Below, in pieces: positions 1 to 9,248 of a stretch of 64,000 nucleotides of DNA. The first letter of the stretch is position 1. Each line of letters opens with the position of its first letter. Position numbers and translations under genes: made by a program. Origin of the DNA: Chlamydiales bacterium (GTDB taxonomy: Bacteria > Chlamydiota > Chlamydiia > Chlamydiales > JARBTQ01); the NCBI GenBank assembly GCA_029240075.1, contig JARBTQ010000007.1, positions 28,750-92,749 on the forward strand, read 5' to 3'. Under the pieces are notes generated by a model. It was not told the origin of the DNA and made no database searches. It saw only the letters and a program-made list of their open reading frames with translations.

Positions 1-1517
1 AGCAGAGTAAATTTCTTATAAAAAATCGTATTGGATATACAACTCATTTAGTTAATTTTATTTGCCAATATATTAGAGCCTTAAAATGTGAACAAACTTG
101 CTTCAATAAAGTCCATAATTTGCTCTCTATGGGTCTTGGATTGGGATTATTAGGCTATCATGAGAAAAGAGCTCAGGAGGCTTTAGAACAAGTCTTATTG
201 CAGCTTGTAAATTCGCAGCAAGAATCTTTAATTTTGTATGCTATAGGCTTATTTACAGCCCAATTAGAGGAAGATAATCTCATTGTGAAAGATCCTCTAT
301 GGTGTGAATTGGTTGAAAAAGTGATTTATCAACTTGCACAGCTCGATTCTAAATTAGGTAACGAGCAGATTTTTAAATTTTTTAGTACTATTTTGAAGAT
401 TGAAAAGGACGAGCTTCATGTAAAGCTTTTAACTGCGGTAGCAGCTACACTAAGTAGCTTGCGCGCTTTTATTGTAAGAGAAGAGGATCGTGGGGCTAGT
501 ATTCAGCTTTTCAATTTATTAGAAAGTCGTAAAGAATGGCAGGTTGAAAAAATTATAAGAGCTAATTTCTATAAAGACATGATTAACAAGTACCTGCTAG
601 TGGCAAAAAAACTTGCTCCTAAATTTAGCTTGCAAGCTGCTCTGTTCCTAACAGGGGGATTAGCTAGAAATGCTTTGGATAAGACTTATGAAGGGATAGA
701 ACAGCTTTTTGTTAACACAATAAAATCTCTTAATAAGCCAGACCTTGCTGAGTGTATTGAAAAAGGCATAGAACTATTCAATCATTTTTGCCATCTAGGT
801 CTGCATATAACAGCTAGTCGAGAATGCAAATTAAGTTTATTAGATGCCATTGGCAATTTAAGGCTTTGTGTTGATGGCTTAGAAGAGGTAACTACCAATC
901 CCCATTTTCTGATTCAAATTAAACAATTTTGGCTCTCAACAACAAAGCTTTATAAAGAGATCTTAGATAATCATCTGCCACTTAGTGGGACAGTTAAAAA
1001 AGAGATGTTAGAGTTTTTTGCTTTTGCTTTAAGTGTTTCTATAGAAAAAATGCCAGACCTTCTCAATAAACATATTACAACCATTAAAGGAAACCAAAAC
1101 ACCCTTAGCGAAGTAGCAATACTGGCTGATTGTGAAATGCTCGATACTATTTTTGCATGTTTCAATGAATGTCAAAATAATATCTTTTCAGAGTTTCATA
1201 GCATACGATTAAAGTGTTACAAAACACTGTTTCTGGCGCTCACTCAATCTTGGTTAGACCAGGCGGAAGAGATCATTTCATATAACCAAATAATGAGCTA
1301 TGACTCGGTAAATCGCACATCTTCTATAGAAATACGGTCATTATCCTATGATTCCCAAGCTACACTTAGCTTATTAAAGCGCCGTATAAAAATTGGGGTT
1401 ATTGAGCACTACCTAACTCTTTTTCTAAAACTTATAGATCAAGAGAACTGGAATGAACCATCCCGCCAGGTACAAAAAGAAGCTTTTGAGTTTTATAGGA
1501 GCTGTTTAAAGTCTTAA
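1..1517 (+). CDS. C-terminal part of a very large protein (5' end lies outside the window); paralog of the 2096-aa protein at 54189..60479
   Basis: The reading frame is open from nt 3 up to the track ORF start at 120 with no stop, so the gene enters from the left edge. Its C-terminus aligns by eye with the C-terminus of the 54189..60479 product: RLKCYKTL/RLKCYKSL, QENWNE/QENWND, VQKEAFEFY/VQKEALEFY, LESRKEW..RANFY/LDKRQEW..RADLY. Confidence 0.75.
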   Translation, partial: QSKFLIKNRIGYTTHLVNFICQYIRALKCEQTCFNKVHNLLSMGLGLGLLGYHEKRAQEALEQVLLQLVNSQQESLILYAIGLFTAQLEEDNLIVKDPLWCELVEKVIYQLAQLDSKLGNEQIFKFFSTILKIEKDELHVKLLTAVAATLSSLRAFIVREEDRGASIQLFNLLESRKEWQVEKIIRANFYKDMINKYLLVAKKLAPKFSLQAALFLTGGLARNALDKTYEGIEQLFVNTIKSLNKPDLAECIEKGIELFNHFCHLGLHITASRECKLSLLDAIGNLRLCVDGLEEVTTNPHFLIQIKQFWLSTTKLYKEILDNHLPLSGTVKKEMLEFFAFALSVSIEKMPDLLNKHITTIKGNQNTLSEVAILADCEMLDTIFACFNECQNNIFSEFHSIRLKCYKTLFLALTQSWLDQAEEIISYNQIMSYDSVNRTSSIEIRSLSYDSQATLSLLKRRIKIGVIEHYLTLFLKLIDQENWNEPSRQVQKEAFEFYRSCLKS

Positions 1518-1590
1518 TTTACAAAAAAATAGGCTGCTAAAGGCCGTTTAGTTGGATGGGGGCTGAATATATATAGATAGAAACAAAGAT

Positions 1591-1614
1591 ACAGGGGGAT
1601 AAATTTCCCCCTGT
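1591..1614. terminator. GC-rich hairpin between convergent genes (candidate bidirectional terminator)
   Basis: ACAGGGGGA (1591-1599) and TCCCCCTGT (1606-1614) form a perfect 9-bp stem with a 6-nt loop. It is flanked by A/T runs and sits between a + gene ending at 1517 and a - gene ending at 1638. Confidence 0.6.
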
Positions 1615-1637
1615 AAAAAGTAAAGTAACTCTATGGA

Positions 1638-2510
1638 TTATTTATTAGAAATTCCTAGCTCTAGTGCAATATGATCTTTAGATGATGTGTCTTTTTCCAA
1701 AGCCTGCTGTTTATTTCTTTCGGTAGAAGCTAAATTGTCATTTCCATATATTTTATCTTTTATGGATCTAAGATCTTCGCTAATTGTTCTCAATAATGTT
1801 AATTCAGATCCACGTTTACTAGAGGGGGAAGAATCCTGTAAAAGTTGCGCTATAGCATTTTCAAGAGATTCTTGAACGCTTTTTTCAATTGTTTCAGGCG
1901 CATTTTTTAAAATATCTTCGTACAAAAATTCAGCTAGCGAATGTTTTTTTGCTATAGCATTCTTAGTATATTTTATGAATTCCCATGCTAATCGTAAGCC
2001 AGCCCCAATAAAAATAGTATCAACAGCCCAAGGAAGGGTTTCATCGAATTGCGAATGGTCAGCTCGTTTTTCTAGATAGTTTTCGAATTCTTTATGAAGA
2101 GCTCGTGTTCCTACTATACTTCCGGTAATCACACCACCAGCTAAGATAAGACCAAATGCGCCAATAGCAATTCTATTAATTTTTTGTTTGGTCTCAGCTG
2201 TAATACACTCTTCTTGATTTGCTGTGTAAACAGAATGGGGATCTTGATGTGGATACTGGGTTTGAAATAAAATTTCATAATCTTTTTGAATTTTTTCCCG
2301 AATGTCATCTACAGTCTGCGTTACATCTATACGCTTAATAACAGTTTTATCCTTATTAGTAATTTCACAAAAGTAGCAAGTCTTATTATATTCTTCACTT
2401 TTAACTTTATGTAAAATGTAACCGTTAAAATTGTAATGGTCTGATTGAATTTGCATAACATCCCCCGTCATGGCAAATAACTCTTCATTTTCAGGATAGA
2501 CCCCTGGCAA
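1638..2510 (-). CDS. hypothetical membrane protein
   Basis: 290-aa ORF with one clear hydrophobic segment (INRIAIGAFGLILAGGVITGSIVGT). The track start at 2510 is TTG, and an ATG alternative exists at 2471. I recognise no family. Confidence 0.5.
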   Translation of the reverse strand: MPGVYPENEELFAMTGDVMQIQSDHYNFNGYILHKVKSEEYNKTCYFCEITNKDKTVIKRIDVTQTVDDIREKIQKDYEILFQTQYPHQDPHSVYTANQEECITAETKQKINRIAIGAFGLILAGGVITGSIVGTRALHKEFENYLEKRADHSQFDETLPWAVDTIFIGAGLRLAWEFIKYTKNAIAKKHSLAEFLYEDILKNAPETIEKSVQESLENAIAQLLQDSSPSSKRGSELTLLRTISEDLRSIKDKIYGNDNLASTERNKQQALEKDTSSKDHIALELGISNK

Positions 2511-2513
2511 AAG

Positions 2514-2533
2514 CCTTTTTGCAGTGATCTATT
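2514..2533 (-). repeat. copy of the TAGATCTCTGCGAAA intergenic repeat family (variant AATAGATCACTGCAAAAAGG)
   Basis: The reverse complement of 2514..2533 reads AATAGATCACTGCAAAAAGG, about 60 nt 3' of the degT-like stop. It matches the cores at 6141, 12111 (rc) and 32225. Confidence 0.5.
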
Positions 2534-2592
2534 AGAGCCTCCAATAAAGAGTTATACAAAAGATTTAATATATTATTGCCATAACCAAGATG

Positions 2593-3777
2593 CTATTTAT
2601 TGCGCAATGCTTTTAATAATGAGTGACAAATGTGGTCAATTTGTCTTTCCTTAAGTTCATGAAATAAGGGTAAAGAGAGACTCTGGTTATAGAACTTTTC
2701 CATACTAGGAAAACTTTCGTGATTGAAGGATTTATAGCGATCAATTGCAGGATGGTGGTACAGCGGGATATGAATGACATGGCTTCCTACTCCCATGCGG
2801 GCTAAGCTCTCCATAACATTTTTACGCTGCTTTTTATACTGACTGAATTCAATCTGTATATTGCATGAGCTATAAGCTGCATAAGAATCGTATTCTTCAG
2901 AAATGTAGGTGAGATGAGGGATATTTTGCAGCCTTTGGCGATAGTATTGCAGTAACTCTTTTCGCTTTTGCACGAAAATCTCCAGTTTCTGTAATTGCGA
3001 AAGAGCTAATGCCGTCTGTGTATTAGTAGGATTAAAGTTTCCTGTAATATCTAAAACTTCTGCATAATTGGGGTAAGGAAGAGCTCTAGCCTGAGGATGG
3101 CGTTCGATCCCATTATTTCTGTAAAGGCGTAAACGGTGGTAGTAATCAAGGTCATTAGTAGTTACGACACCTCCTTCATTTGCAGAGACTAGACTAGAAG
3201 TTTGTAAGCTAAATACTGTCATATCACTCCACTCACAGCACCCAACAACCTTGTCATCATATCCCCTATATTTAGCTCCTATAGCATGTGATGCATCCTC
3301 AATAATCACAGGATTAGGATGATGTAACCCATTAAAAATCTCTTTCATATTTGCACTAAGCCCAGCAAAATGACTTACAAAAATAATCGGGCTTCCTCGC
3401 GCAGCTCTAAAGGTAGATAATTTTTCAGATAGCAATTGATTATTCAAAAGTCCTGTCAGAAACTCTATATCAATTAAATCTATTTTACTGCGGCGCTGTA
3501 TAGCACCTATAACTGCATTAATTGAAGAGTTAGGGCTCAAGAAAATATGGTCGTATTCAGTTGCATTGACTGCGTAATAAACTCCTTGAAATGCAGCTGT
3601 ATCACTATTAAAAAGCACCGCATACTTAGCACGGCACTTTTGTGCAAATTCTTGCTCAAAATCTTCTACTAGTCTTCCACGCGAAGTTTTGAAATAAGTT
3701 AAGGCTCGTGTTGTTGCGCGAATATCGTCGCTATCGATAAATTGTAGCGTATTTGGGATAAAATTCTTTGTATTCAT
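2593..3777 (-). CDS. DegT/DnrJ/EryC1/StrS-family (sugar aminotransferase fold) protein lacking the canonical PLP lysine
   Basis: Family motifs are present: EDASHAIGAKY (compare EDAAHAxG) and FSLQTSSLVSANEGGVVTTND (compare FSFHAIKNITCAEGG of ArnB). The residue aligned with the Schiff-base Lys is Ser. The track ORF runs to a TTG at 3939, but ATG 3777 (MNTKNFIPN...) gives the normal family length. Confidence 0.7.
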   Translation of the reverse strand: MNTKNFIPNTLQFIDSDDIRATTRALTYFKTSRGRLVEDFEQEFAQKCRAKYAVLFNSDTAAFQGVYYAVNATEYDHIFLSPNSSINAVIGAIQRRSKIDLIDIEFLTGLLNNQLLSEKLSTFRAARGSPIIFVSHFAGLSANMKEIFNGLHHPNPVIIEDASHAIGAKYRGYDDKVVGCCEWSDMTVFSLQTSSLVSANEGGVVTTNDLDYYHRLRLYRNNGIERHPQARALPYPNYAEVLDITGNFNPTNTQTALALSQLQKLEIFVQKRKELLQYYRQRLQNIPHLTYISEEYDSYAAYSSCNIQIEFSQYKKQRKNVMESLARMGVGSHVIHIPLYHHPAIDRYKSFNHESFPSMEKFYNQSLSLPLFHELKERQIDHICHSLLKALRNK

Positions 3778-3973
3778 TCTTGTTCTTAAGGTATATCTTT
3801 TATAAAGCCACAACTTAATTTTCTTCACAATTGCGTATTTAGCGGGGAAGAATAGAAGATTTTTCAACCACGCAAATTTGATGGAGGAAAAAGGGAGCTC
3901 TATTGTTCGCAATAAGCTAGCAATGCTGAATAAAATCAACGGGATTACCTGTTAAAACTATTTTTATCAATTA

Positions 3974-6088
3974 ATGTTTAATCTGCAAGTAATGACCATG
4001 CATGAGCCTATTTTTCAAAATTATGTCCAAACAGCACAGAACCTCATTGTTCGGGGAACACGCGACAAACAAGCCCTACAAGAGCTTGCAGAGCTGATAG
4101 AGCAGAAGCTACAGCAAGCAATAGGGGACTATGAATATGAACAATTTTTTTGTGGTGAAAAAGCCTTTTTCACGGGAGACTACCAACAAGCCTTAAAATA
4201 CTATGCTTTAGCACCTAGCATTCCAAATATTTTATTTTTTTCGTATCGAGTTAAAGCCTTTTTATGTCAGCAATTAGAGCGAAAGCAAGAAGCTATTCAA
4301 TTTGGCAACAAAGCATTGGCTTTAGAGCCTACAGATTATATCACCCTACAATTATTACAGTTGCTCTACAAAGAGGGTGGAGATAAGCAGCAAGAGCAAT
4401 TAGTGACGCAGAAGATGGCAGATTTATCACAGGAACAAACGAAGAATGGGGTTGACAAAACTTCAGAAGAAATATCTGATAAATTATTTGATAGGCAAGA
4501 CAAGCAACTAGAGGAATCAACAGATGAAACTCCAGTAGGTTTGTCACAAAATGAATTATCTGATTTTCAAAATCTTTTTGAAATTTATGAAATAGAAAAA
4601 GAACGTTTTCAAAAAAACTTATTAGATTCGATGCAAGATAAGCAAGAAAAACTGGCTAAAAATACGCCGATATCAAATGAGACTGACTTCACGCCATCTA
4701 GCTGGATGCATCTTAATGAAGAGGAAATTGTAAAATCCCCTTTGTTCAACTTTATGCTAACTCAGCCTTTAGATGTTACCAACACAGAATATCCCCTTAA
4801 AAATTTAGAAAGCTTAGAGTTACCTATGCTGCCAAATTCTCCAAATATCTCTTTTGGGAGTTCATTTAAGGATCAAACAAAAACTTTAGAACCAATAATG
4901 CCATATCATAATTCCCAGGGAGGGGGGGCCAACCTAGAAAAAAGGCTAGAAAATTTCCAACACAGACAGTCAGAGCTAATGGATGATTATATGTCAAAGT
5001 CGGAACAACGGCATCAATTAGCTGATAATGGACTTTATATTTTGAATGGCTGGACTTTTGCGCAAGCTTGGGGACGTTCTATAGAAGAATCCAAGAAGCA
5101 CCCTATTCCTAGTGTTCTTTTACCTGAATATTATCGAAAGACGTCGGGAGGTTTCTATCTACGTTGGAATCGTAAGGGGATTGTCATTAATCCTGGTATG
5201 AACTTTTTACAAGCTTTTCATCAACAACAACTCTATATAACAGATATCGATTACGTTATTATCACACGTGATGCTATGGATTCTTATGCTGATGTTAAAG
5301 GAATTTATGACTTAAACTATCAGCACAATACTATCCGTGGAGGTTCTAGTAATCCTCATGTTATAAACTATTATTTGACACAAGAAGTCTTTCGTAACCT
5401 TTCCTCTGCTCTTAAACCTAACTTTAAGCAAGAGAGGCATATGCTACATTGCTTAGAGTTATATATTGATTCCCCAAATGAAGAAACAATCTCAATTGCA
5501 GAAGATATCCATTTATCTTACTTCCAAACTATCTTAGCTGACTCTAAGACCCAGAAGAGAACTAATACAGCATTAGGGATTCGATTAGATCTATTTACAG
5601 CTCCACCAAGAGAGATAAGCAAAAAAGCAGATCGCGCTATCGGGTTTGTGCTAGGGGCAGGATGGTCAGAAGCTTGTGTGGCCCCTTTAAAAGATGTAGA
5701 TGCGCTTATCGCTGGATTTGACAAGACCAATGCTGATGACTATAACAAGCTACAGTACCAAGCAGATTGTCTTGGTTATTATGGAACTTATAGCTTATTC
5801 ACAGAGTTGTACCCTAAACTTTTAATCTGCTGCGAATTTGATGGTAAGGATGGAGATATTCGATTGGAAGTCATTAAGAAAATTCGAAAAGACCTTTTAC
5901 TTAAAGGGCAGGGAAATGCAGAAGGAATTATTTTGCCTGGGGATACTGGATGTTACTTAAATTTACAACATCTAAAGATGCGTTGCTCTGTATGTAATGA
6001 ATGTGTTGCACCCGAGAGAATACATGTAGTTAAAGCACAAGAATCTTTTGGTTCGCTTCATTATCTTTGCCCCGATTGCCTTCTATAA
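3974..6088 (+). CDS. TPR-containing protein with a degenerate metallo-beta-lactamase-like core and a C-terminal CxxC..CxxC zinc ribbon
   Basis: The N-terminus has TPR-like repeats (ALKYYALAP, AIQFGNKALALEP). A central segment, GGFYLRWNRKGIVINPGMNF...DIDYVIITRDAMDSYAD, follows the MBL pattern, but HxHxDH is replaced by RDAMDS. The C-terminus reads CSVCNEC...CPDC. Confidence 0.5.
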   Translation: MFNLQVMTMHEPIFQNYVQTAQNLIVRGTRDKQALQELAELIEQKLQQAIGDYEYEQFFCGEKAFFTGDYQQALKYYALAPSIPNILFFSYRVKAFLCQQLERKQEAIQFGNKALALEPTDYITLQLLQLLYKEGGDKQQEQLVTQKMADLSQEQTKNGVDKTSEEISDKLFDRQDKQLEESTDETPVGLSQNELSDFQNLFEIYEIEKERFQKNLLDSMQDKQEKLAKNTPISNETDFTPSSWMHLNEEEIVKSPLFNFMLTQPLDVTNTEYPLKNLESLELPMLPNSPNISFGSSFKDQTKTLEPIMPYHNSQGGGANLEKRLENFQHRQSELMDDYMSKSEQRHQLADNGLYILNGWTFAQAWGRSIEESKKHPIPSVLLPEYYRKTSGGFYLRWNRKGIVINPGMNFLQAFHQQQLYITDIDYVIITRDAMDSYADVKGIYDLNYQHNTIRGGSSNPHVINYYLTQEVFRNLSSALKPNFKQERHMLHCLELYIDSPNEETISIAEDIHLSYFQTILADSKTQKRTNTALGIRLDLFTAPPREISKKADRAIGFVLGAGWSEACVAPLKDVDALIAGFDKTNADDYNKLQYQADCLGYYGTYSLFTELYPKLLICCEFDGKDGDIRLEVIKKIRKDLLLKGQGNAEGIILPGDTGCYLNLQHLKMRCSVCNECVAPERIHVVKAQESFGSLHYLCPDCLL

Positions 6089-6138
6089 AATTTAATGACT
6101 TGAATAAAGAAGCCCTTTCAAATTTTTTTAGCTGACTT

Positions 6139-6186
6139 AATAGATCTCTCTGCGAAATAGGTTTTGAAAAAGACCTATTTCCCTAA
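6139..6186 (+). repeat. reference copy of the intergenic repeat family (TAGATCTCTCTGCGAAATAGGTTTTGAAAAAGACCTATTTCCC)
   Basis: It lies 50 nt after the stop at 6088. It contains an internal 9-bp hairpin, GAAATAGGT (6154-6162) / ACCTATTTC (6173-6181). Confidence 0.6.
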
Positions 6187-6447
6187 TTTCGAGTATTGGA
6201 AAGCAAGAGAAGTACTATGCTAATAATTAGCTAAAATCGTAACTTTTACAAAAATGATTCCTCTTTTCCATCTGGCTTAATGCAGCATAACCTGCTGCTA
6301 TTGGTGAAGCCTATTAACGGACCTCCAAACTTTCAAACTGCTATCATAAAAAATAATAATAATAAATTTATTCTCAATTTTTTTAATAATTTATATTTCA
6401 TTAATTATATTAATTTATAAATTTACTTTAATGTAACATTGGATTTT

Positions 6448-8352
6448 ATGGTAATTATGGATAACCCTAGTCTTTACAAAAGTATAGAAACCCATTTAGC
6501 AGCTCACGGAATAAACGATTTAGCAGATTCAAAATTGACCCTATTAAAAGGTAAAAATAATCAAAATAATATTATAGTTACAGAAGCAGATAGCACGGGG
6601 AAAAGATATGCATGGATTAGAGTTGATGTAAAAGGGGACAACAATCAATGGATAGAGACTTCGACTACGTCAAAAGCTGACCTTAAGGCTCTCTTAAATT
6701 GTCTATTAATTGCTCGTAAACAATTTGATTCGTTTGCAAAAAAAGAGCATGGAATAGCTCAGCTAGGTTCTGTGCTGCAAGAAGCTAAGCAAATGACGTT
6801 TAATATTAAATCTATTGGTACAACTCAAGGACAACAAACAACGGTAGCGAACCTTGCTGAACATAAAAATCATAAGCTTCTTGTTCAGAACTGGGAAGAG
6901 ATAAAAGAAGCAAAGAGAGGTAAGGACGCAGAGAAAAGTTACATCGAGTATGTAGCGGCCAAAAGCGATAAGAAGTATCAGGAAATAGTTAAAAATAGTG
7001 GGCACTTAACTGCCCCTAAATCAGCATCTAAGCAAGAAGAAAGTTTTAGTAACACGGTCGCTAATCCGTCTTTAACGGAAGAAAAGCTAAATGCAGAAGA
7101 AAGAGAAGAAGTTTCAGTAATCGATAAGAGGCAACTAAAGACTACGGATAGGAATAATCTAAGAAAAAACCAATCTAAATTTAGACAAAAGTTACCTTTA
7201 ACCAACCCTATATTTTATGAAAAAATAAAAAGAATGGTACAAACTGAGCATGTTCCTAAAAAAGATCTAAATATAGATTCTGAAGTAAGGAACAGGATAG
7301 AAAATTATTTGAATTCTGATGAGATAGAAACTTATACCCCATATTCAAAAGGTGAAGAGGCAAAAAAATTCGATGAGTATTTAATTGAATATTTGAAAAG
7401 CAAATTGGTAGCTGATTTCCCTCTATTAAATAAAGAATTAGAGAAACCAAATTCTGATATTTTAAAATTTATTAATAACAAAAGCAGAAAGTATATCTAT
7501 AGGCAAGAAATAATTGAAAAAGCTATCCAAGACGCAATAAAAGTGATCCCTTCTGTAAAAGATTTTTATTGGGCTCTCCCTTTGCAAGTAAAGAGTAGAG
7601 ATAAAAATATTTCTGAAAATCAAGCAGATATCATACTGAATAAGCTCGAATTAAAAATAAAAGAATTTATTTATGAAAAATTAGAAAATAAAGGCATAGA
7701 TTTAACTAGTCCCTCAGTAAAGAAGTTATTAGATGTTGAAGTTGATAGATATTTAAATAGTTTGCGCTATTTTAGAAGTAAACCACGTGACCCCGCTAAT
7801 GTTAAAGAGGTACATAAATTTTTTGATGAACATGAAGCTAAAATGTTTGAACGCCTTAAAGTTTCTTCTGCTAGAGGAAGTATCGAGCGTAAGGCTGCTG
7901 AGCTACACACTTTCATTTATAATCAGTATTTGACGGGTGATAGCAGCGATCATTTTCCTATAGAGAAAAAAATGATAGCAAAAACGGTTCAATTCATAAT
8001 TCAAAATTTTGAAAAACTTCCAGATAAGAAAAAAGAACAAATTATAGAAAAAATTAAAGGCATAGTCAGTACGAAAGAACCTTCAGAGCTTAATAAAAAA
8101 AGACCGCATTACAAAAACATGGTAGAGAAATTACAGAAGCTTAGAATAGAAATAAATTTAGAGCTTTATTTAGAAACAATAAACACAGAGCTGACATTAC
8201 AAGAGAAAAAGACGATTTTCAAAGAACTTAAAGCAAATAATACGGAAGCATTCTTAAAAATAATTTTTAAAGATAAGCCCAAAAAATATGGTGATTATGA
8301 TTCAGGATTCTTAGAAATACTAAAGCGTCTTATTCCGTTAAAAATAAAATGA
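6448..8352 (+). CDS. Lys/Glu-rich hypothetical protein (effector-like)
   Basis: Long ORF preceded by a nearly pure A/T upstream region. The track start is TTG 6439, with ATGs at 6448 and 6457. I recognise no family; the composition is low-complexity and K/E-rich. Confidence 0.55.
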   Translation: MVIMDNPSLYKSIETHLAAHGINDLADSKLTLLKGKNNQNNIIVTEADSTGKRYAWIRVDVKGDNNQWIETSTTSKADLKALLNCLLIARKQFDSFAKKEHGIAQLGSVLQEAKQMTFNIKSIGTTQGQQTTVANLAEHKNHKLLVQNWEEIKEAKRGKDAEKSYIEYVAAKSDKKYQEIVKNSGHLTAPKSASKQEESFSNTVANPSLTEEKLNAEEREEVSVIDKRQLKTTDRNNLRKNQSKFRQKLPLTNPIFYEKIKRMVQTEHVPKKDLNIDSEVRNRIENYLNSDEIETYTPYSKGEEAKKFDEYLIEYLKSKLVADFPLLNKELEKPNSDILKFINNKSRKYIYRQEIIEKAIQDAIKVIPSVKDFYWALPLQVKSRDKNISENQADIILNKLELKIKEFIYEKLENKGIDLTSPSVKKLLDVEVDRYLNSLRYFRSKPRDPANVKEVHKFFDEHEAKMFERLKVSSARGSIERKAAELHTFIYNQYLTGDSSDHFPIEKKMIAKTVQFIIQNFEKLPDKKKEQIIEKIKGIVSTKEPSELNKKRPHYKNMVEKLQKLRIEINLELYLETINTELTLQEKKTIFKELKANNTEAFLKIIFKDKPKKYGDYDSGFLEILKRLIPLKIK

Positions 8353-8465
8353 CATACAAAATAGATTGCCAGGGAGATCAAACTTTATCTATTTGATACT
8401 TAAAATATAGTGGATTATGGAAAAATATTGAGCTTGGGTTTAAATCTTTACTATTGGTAACTCGG

Positions 8466-8501
8466 TAGATCGTTACGAGATGAGTTTCGAAAAAGATATA
8501 G
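8466..8501 (+). repeat. copy of the intergenic repeat family (TAGATCGTTACGAGATGAGTTTCGAAAAAGATATAG)
   Basis: It aligns by eye with 6141..6180 (TAGATC..CGA.AT.GGTTT.GAAAAAGA..TAT). It lies about 110 nt 3' of the stop at 8352. Confidence 0.45.
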
Positions 8502-8634
8502 TCTAACTTCAAAATTAGATTATCTAGCTAGTTGAATCTGCCACTTATGCAAGCTACAAAAGAGACCATTTAAGCTTCAGTGTCTCTAAAAAAACTTCTT
8601 TAGATAAGAATGTTAAAAGATATTTTACTCCCTA

Positions 8635-9090
8635 TTATTTTGTTTGTCCAAGTGGGCTTTCTAAGATCATTGTAACGGGTCCATCATTGATTAGGGTAAC
8701 TTCCATTTTAGCAGCAAATTGTCCCGTCTTGACTATGGGAATTTTCTGAGTAAGCTGATGAACAAACTCATTGTATAGAGGTTGGGCAACTGCTCCTGAT
8801 GCAGATTTTGTAAAAGAGGGGCGTCTTCCTTGTGCACAATCACCATAAAGAGTGAATTGGCTGACTACCAAAATTTCCCCTTTAACTTCTTGGATATCTC
8901 TATTCATTTTGTCCTGCTCATCGGCAAAGATTCGCATATGAATGAGTTTATGGATCATCCAGGGAATCGTTTCTATAGCATCAGTAGGCTGAATGCCTAA
9001 TAGTACAAGAAGCCCTTTATCGATAGCACTGTAGGTTTGCCCCTCTATAGAAACACTAGCAGATTTAACTCTTTGAATGACTAAACGCAT
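8635..9090 (-). CDS. dtd: D-aminoacyl-tRNA deacylase
   Basis: MRLVIQRV..., SQFTLYGD and GRRPSF are hallmark Dtd motifs. ATG at 9090 gives the usual length of about 150 aa. Confidence 0.9.
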   Translation of the reverse strand: MRLVIQRVKSASVSIEGQTYSAIDKGLLVLLGIQPTDAIETIPWMIHKLIHMRIFADEQDKMNRDIQEVKGEILVVSQFTLYGDCAQGRRPSFTKSASGAVAQPLYNEFVHQLTQKIPIVKTGQFAAKMEVTLINDGPVTMILESPLGQTK

Positions 9091-9248
9091 GATGAAATAG
9101 TATAGCTTATACAAAATGGTAAAGGTTTGACGGTATGCCCTTTAGACGTAGATAACACAATAAGAAATAAATAGATTGATGTCACTATAAATGTTAAAGA
9201 CCTAAAGTAAGGAGAGATCTAAATGACCCCTCCCGCTGCGAAATTTGT

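Noticed and set aside
3778-3939. N-terminal 54-aa extension of the DegT-like ORF from a TTG start.
   Set aside because: The extension is hydrophobic/basic and has no counterpart in the family. ATG 3777 yields the canonical N-terminus (…IPNTLQFIDSDDI...).
9205-9245. A possible additional copy of the TAGATCTCT repeat (AGAGATCTA...CTGCGAAAT) just 3' of the yciE-like gene. Weaker candidates at 24721-24757 and 36491-36530 were considered with it.
   Set aside because: The core blocks are present, but in rearranged order or with many mismatches. I could not align them convincingly by eye, so they are not listed as features.
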